A DNA stretch of 57,614 nucleotides, filler included, from Sphacelaria rigidula (Eukaryota): NCBI GenBank assembly GCA_964200075.2. It is 7 parts of 7 records of this genome, joined end to end, with 100 filler letters (N's around TTAATTAATTAA, not from the genome) between each part and the next. Parts side by side here need not be neighbours in the genome. Positions count along the whole stretch, not along the records: positions 49,471 to 57,614 come from CAXNAA020012134.1; 6 more parts are not named here. One strand, given 5' to 3'. A program made the translations under genes and the position numbers. Position 1 is the stretch's first letter; every line of letters begins with the position of its first letter. Shown here piece after piece: positions 51,795 to 57,614 of this stretch. The notes under the pieces are model-generated. The model saw nothing but the letters and a program-made list of their open reading frames with translations. It did no database searches and was not told the origin of the DNA.

Positions 51795-52310
51795 CGCCCC
51801 GGTGGTGAAATTTCCCGACGGTCGCCATTACTAATTTAGGGTGGAGAGTACAAGGAAGGGTTCAATTCCCGAAGCGTTTGGTTCTTTCTTCGTGGTATCT
51901 GATTTCCACCGTGGAAAGCGTGAGAACTTGAGCAAATAAAATAGTTTACTGAGTTTGTTTGGCTTGAGTTGACGCACCGCGGGAGTGCCGATCCAATCCG
52001 CGAGACCAAACCCAAGGTGTTTACCGGGGAGAGATGGCTACTTGATCCCTTGAGAGCACAAGCGTTTGGTTTTTTCTTCGTAGTATCTGATTTCCACCGT
52101 GAAAAGCGTGAGAACTTGAGTAAACAAAGTAGTTTACTGAGTTTGTTTGACGTGAGTTGACGCAGTGCGGGAGTGCCGATCCAATCCGCGAGACCAAATG
52201 CAAGGCGTGTACCGGGGAGAGATGGCTTGATCCCTTGAGACCACGGACTCGTCCCGAGGAAGGGGAGGGGTTCAAAGTGCGACAGATAAAGAAAAAGAAA
52301 GAAAGAAAAT
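51793..52310 (+). mobile_element. tRNA-derived SINE with an internal ~188-bp tandem duplication
   Basis: B-box-like GGTTCAATTCC; 51872-52059 is repeated at 52060-52243; the 3' body is shared with the 45110-45443 SINE; (GAAA)n tail. Confidence 0.7.
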
Positions 52311-55157
52311 ATATGCGGTGGGTTTCTATATGATATATATGCCCTGATGGGCCTGGTGCGTTTGGGTGTGTGCGGCGGGTTTTTACTGGCGGGCCCTTAC
52401 ATGAGCACATATCACACCTGAAAATAAGGACCACGAACCCTCTTCCGGAAAAAATATAAGCCCCTAGGAAACCCACATGGCTTTTCATATAGCCCTTACG
52501 GTTTGCAGAAAGTCGCGAAGAAGGTGCATAGGTGATGGTGAAATCACAACCCGCCTGCCGTCGATGACTCCTGTTTCGCCGCTTTTTAAATGACAACCTG
52601 AGAACTTTTGTTGTGGACTTGTTTCAGCGGGCTATATTGCCACAGCCCCCTAAGCTTACGAATCTATCGTGATTCATCCGCGGTGTCTTCAGCCATGTCT
52701 CCGTCGCCACGTGGTGCTGCTGTTCAATCAATCCTTTCTAATTTTGAAATACGGCTTGAAGTCAATTTTAGCGCCATTCCCCCACAATACTGAACCCAGT
52801 ATATGACTGGTTGTGCCGCACTTCCGAACAATAACATGATCTCGTGTATAGCTACCCAAAAGAGGTGGATTTTCATAGATTGTTTTAAACCGGGCGCGAT
52901 TTGATTTTGAACGGCTCCCCCATGGACTGCCTGATGTGATTAGTTGACAGCCTAGGGTCAGTTTGATTGATCCACCAATTGGAGAATCAATCCAGCCAGT
53001 TCCTTGCACGTGTTTTTTGTCAGGCTCTTGATCTCTTGATCGTTCCTTTTTTTGTTGCCGCTCGCCAGTTTTCGATACGAACCCGGCAGTCGCTTGTCGA
53101 TTGGGAAAGGACACAACTGGACAAAAGCTGCCGCATCTTCAACAGGACACGATACAACAAAAGGTGCGGAGGGTGTGGACTGTGGATCCAAACAAACAAC
53201 ACATTGATACTTCCCGAGGTGAGCAAGCCGGAAGGGCCTACATAGTAAGGGGTTCTTGTGGTTCTGCACCTACCTTGCACCAGTTCCGCCATGCTGTCAT
53301 GGATTGTTGTGCCGACCCAGGATTGTTTTGTGCATGAAGGTCTTCTGAACAAGGATTTGGGTAAACCGTCGCCATAGTATGGTCGTATTAAAGTACAACA
53401 CAGTAAATGAGAAAATGGGCGCCATGAATAGTTCGCCAGACTCTCGTGGGGAAGTGGCACAACGCATGGTCGGTCTACGATGAACAGGGACGATGGGCGA
53501 TGAGAAGGCGTTATACAGTCGAGATCAACATCTGTATCAGCCGGTCTTGAGCATTGAGAAAACAGCATGGTCAGTACAGTGGTTACAGAAGTGTAACAGT
53601 CCATAGAGGGCCAGAGGGTATCCCGTCGTAGTGGACATGTGTTTGTGGGAACAACGGCAGAGAAGGAACGAACAACCCACCCCCAGAGGATCGCGACTTT
53701 GAATGTTCAACCTATTGTTTACCTTGTGCAGCTGCGCGCAGGCAGCTAGAGGCCGGTAGGGGGGGCGGGGGGGCACGGTAGCGGTTCAGCCGAGGTTCAG
53801 CTGTTCTCTCGAGAGCGGACAGACATCAGTAGTGGAGTCAACATACCAACCATGACTTCGCCAACAAAGAATAGACATGTATTCCACTCATGAGCGAAGT
53901 AGGAAATATTGAAAATTGCACCGCCAGCAGTTGACGGTAGCCGAAGTTTTTTGTTAGGGTGTTGCGCAGCTTCGCCTGACCCCTCTTGCCCACAGCGGCA
54001 GTTTCGTCGGCACTGTGACTATTTTCATGGTGGAATCCCCTCACCCCGAAGGTTCACGGTCTACCTTTCATCTGGGTCGGGGGGGCGGCTGAGTTGTCAG
54101 GTTGGTTGTGTTCGGGGGTGTGACGGTCCACAGCGCAGTGACACAAATAAATGTTCCTGTCCGGGTCGAATTGCAAAGCACAACAGTCGATAGATTATTC
54201 GGCCGCTACAGTGGGCGCGGCGGTCTGTGTCTCACATACCGTACCTTTTCCAAGTGAAAATGATGCCGATTCAACAGATGACCTGTCCTGGCGGTGAAAG
54301 GGTTGGTGGTCACTACTCTCCAGATATGCTCATCGGGGGTGTTGGAGCCTCCCTGAACGCGTTCATTTTACCTCCGCAGTTCTGATGGTGCTGACAGATG
54401 TTCGGAAGTCATATGTCGCGAGAACGGGGAAACCGATACGATTCCTTTACAACCAGCCAACCAACATCGTCCGCAGGACTGGGATCCGAGAACCCAATCC
54501 TCGAGGCGGAATCACCTTCCGACTGGCCGAAATTTTTAAATGACAAAAAAAAAGCAGTTTCCTCGCGGTACAATACCGTTGTTCGTCGCCTGGCAGGGTG
54601 GGTTATCGATCCGAGAACTCAAGCCCCGAGGCGAAATCGCCTTCCGACCGGCTGAAATTGTGGAATAATACTCGTACAAAATTTCAGATTCCGGGCGGTA
54701 CAAAAATACCCTTTGGTCGCCTGGCAGGGTGGGTCATCTAGGTCGTCTCCTTCAATAATATTTGCTCAAAAATGATGCCGATTCAACATACATAGGGCAT
54801 GCTCTTTGGCCGCGAGGGTGGGCGATCTGTTATTGTATCCATTTTTCACCTGAAAGTGCGTGATGTCGATTCAGCAGGTGACTGACGAGTCAAAATACAA
54901 GTATAGAATATAATAAGGGTGAGTCACGCTCATGACAATTTTTTTGTCATCAGCATAAATCTTCAGTAATATCTATACCAATGTCGCACACGTGACATCC
55001 TGCTGACCGCCACGTACAGCTCGAGAGGATGGCATGGCTGAGTTTTTGCTCACGGCCATAACGAACGGTGCGGTGCTAAGGGCGAAAATGCGCGGGGACT
55101 TCGAAATGTTAGTGTTCGTTCACAATAATTGATGGGAAACATCACGGAATGTTGCAA

Positions 55158-55207
55158 CTAACGCTAACACTAACACTAACCCTAACCCTAACCCTAACCC
55201 TAACCCC
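55158..55207 (+). repeat. Interstitial telomere-type (CCCTAA)n tract
   Basis: CTAACG CTAACA CTAACA grading into (CTAACC)5. Confidence 0.85.
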
Positions 55208-56712
55208 GACCCAAGGCACACGAGACTCTCGGGCAGGAGGGTGCATAGATTTCCCTAGGCAAAGCGTGCGTCGGCAGACCTCGAATCGTCGCCGCAGGCG
55301 CCGATTTTGACAAAAGCACGTTCTGGACGAGCTGGGTCCACTGCTCACCTGCCCCAAACCATATTTTTTTCAAAATTTATAAACTTGAAAATCGAGTAGT
55401 CATCCCTATCAACCATATTGTGTACGAACATTTATTTAGGTCTATTGGGAAATGCACCAATCGGCGGCCTTCAAATTCTTCTGAAATAAAAAATTATTAC
55501 GAATTTTCAACTTAAATTTTCTACCCTTTCCCCACATATTCCTCAAATCATAGTAGCCGCGCCGCCAGGTCGGGAATTCAAGAGGGAAAACATACTGCCC
55601 AACTACATGAAAGCAGTTACTGTAGTATACTGGGGATCGAATTATACCCAAAATCGCGGTGTGTGTGTTGTCGTCCCATTTATTCGGTATGGTGTGGTAA
55701 TTTGGAGGAACGGTTCTCGACGATTACTAGCAGTTCTATCGAACGGATGTGAACGTGAGATATGTTCGGATAGTCGCGGATTTAGGATCCAACTCATCAT
55801 GGTTGCGTCGGTGTACGGTGCACGAGTGTCATTCGAGATTGGGATATTTAGTTTTATCGTCCCGCAGAGCATCAGCCGGTGCTCGGCAGGTCGTAATAAC
55901 GACTCTACCGGTCATGGGCTACAACGGCGGGCTTTCATGGTGTTCTTTATTTTGAGCATATTACCAGGCATGTTTGGTTCTATTTCTGGTTCTGGGTGTG
56001 GAAGACGACAATTGTCTAAGATATGAGTCTTTCTGAGATGGGTCGAGGCTACGAATAGCACCCTCCCTCACTCTGGTTTTGGACCAAAGCAACGACCTTT
56101 GAACAACACTCTCTCGCTCCCATGGGTCAACCGAGTCCCTACTGGTGAGCCTCTGTATGTGGTTAAGGGCTTGTACTCGTTTGTGTTGTACCATTCAAAA
56201 CTTGGTTTCTCCCACCGCCTGAGATCAACTTGGGCCCTGCATGCATGCACCGTGAGGCCAGTTTTGATGTCATGACTCGAGCCGCTAGCTGCTTTTACGA
56301 GTAACCAGGACTTTTGTTTTGAGGCACTTGCGAGTCCCACTTGGGGGAAAACTCCTTTCTGCACGCAATACTATATCACACGGTCATGTGGAGTTTTGCC
56401 GTCATCGGATTTCAACTGATTTTATGCACCCAAACCTGGAAATCCTTCTCTTACTATTTTCCTTGTATCTCCCAGAAAAAAAGTCAGGCCGCCCTCGAAT
56501 AAAAAAGTTCGGTAGGTAAGTTGGTGCTCCCAATGGAAAATTAAAACATTGAACAACGTTTCAAATTTCTCCGCCTTTCGCTGGCTTTCGGGGGTTCCAG
56601 CGTGAAGACGTAAAGACCCCCGGAATCCGGTACGAAATCCCTCGAGATAAACAAAGTTTAATTATACGTTCCGGGGCATTACAACGAGCAGTTGTAGAAA
56701 TAAGTATTATTA

Positions 56713-56921
56713 GAGGTATATCAAAATCGGCTCCCGGTATCCTGGTTTATTTGCTGAGTATTGGTTGTGTATTCATTTTTCAAGTGAAAGTGATCGCGAT
56801 TCATAGGACGAGCTGACCTGGCGCTGAAAGGGTCTCATCATGTGATGAATCGCCATCACTTTCACTTGAAAAAATAGAACAAAACAAAACAGGATACTGG
56901 GAGCCGAGTTTGAGATACCTC
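56713..56921. mobile_element. Hairpin MITE-like element (repeat family C)
   Basis: GAGGTATATCAAAATCGGCTCCCGGTATCCTG / CAGGATACTGGGAGCCGAGTTTGAGATACCTC, plus an inner inverted pair. Confidence 0.7.
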
Positions 56922-57066
56922 CACTACGTGAATAAAATCTGATGCAATTTTTTCCCGTTTGAATGCGCTTTCAGACTACAGTCGAGTAGTTGGGAGTCAA
57001 TGACAAAGAGACTCTCCTCGGAAATGAGGTTGAACATAAAAGTGAGGTTCAACTCCAAAACAATCC

Positions 57067-57536
57067 TTTTCCTGACCTAACGTCATGACACGCGTTACTT
57101 TCATGTGAACGACCTCATCATCCCCGATCTCCCTGAAACTGTTTTTTTTTCTGTGGGGGGGGGGGGGGGGGGGTATGCTTTCCGTTCCCCTAAAGAGTTT
57201 GTGTGGAAAAAATTTTTTTCCTTTTTTTTTTGTGATAAAATGTGNNNNNNNNNNGCCAAGAAGAAAAAAGGCCCTCGGTTGGGGTGGGGGGGAGAGCGGG
57301 AGAGGGGGGTTCAGCCTTCCGTTCCCCTAAAGAGTGTGTGCGAAAACACTTTTTTGCCTCTTTTTCGAGGTGCAAAACGTGGCTGACGCCTTCTAGCCCG
57401 AAAATGGTGCTTTCGCAAGTACCCTCGGGAGGAAGGGAAGTCGAGAAACCCCCCGAAAAAGTTTTCGGGAGGTTTGGGGGAATGACGTCGTCTTTCATAT
57501 GAAAATCATTGTCATGGCTTCAGGTCACGGAAAATC
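57067..57536. mobile_element. Foldback-like element with ~80-bp degenerate inverted arms
   Basis: TTTTCCTGACCT...CATGACA...TTTCATGTGAA versus TTCATATGAAA...TGTCATG...AGGTCACGGAAAA. Confidence 0.5.
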
Positions 57537-57614
57537 ACTGTTAATAGGTGGCCACTGAGGCCCTTGATATCCCTGGGTAGGATATCGACGTGTAGCTGTA
57601 AGCACACGCAAGTG

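Overview
Eukaryotic, repeat-rich, intron-containing DNA that most likely comes from a brown alga (Phaeophyceae). This is inferred from an Ectocarpus-type ROCO/LRR N-cap exon, a GCPW-type ankyrin gene, TTAGGG repeats and kb-scale introns. The window is not one locus: it is seven contigs of 8145 bp (the last 8144 bp) joined by identical 100-nt N/TTAATTAATTAA linkers, so adjacency across gaps means nothing. Supported genes are three 3' exons of a CDC7 kinase, the last two exons of an ankyrin-repeat gene and one LRR N-cap exon. The rest is mostly transposons: a decayed Ty3/Gypsy element with LTR-gag-PR-RT-RH-IN, two partial relatives, tRNA-headed SINEs, and Tourist-, hAT- and CACTA-like MITEs. Three observations stand out. 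(1) All three Gypsy 5' LTRs are followed by a perfect palindrome rather than a TGG tRNA primer-binding site. (2) A tandem duplication carries a ~310-325 nt hairpin whose arms are swapped between the copies. (3) There is a phased 41-bp repeat array that looks CRISPR-like but more probably belongs to a transposon end. All calls were made by eye, without database searches.
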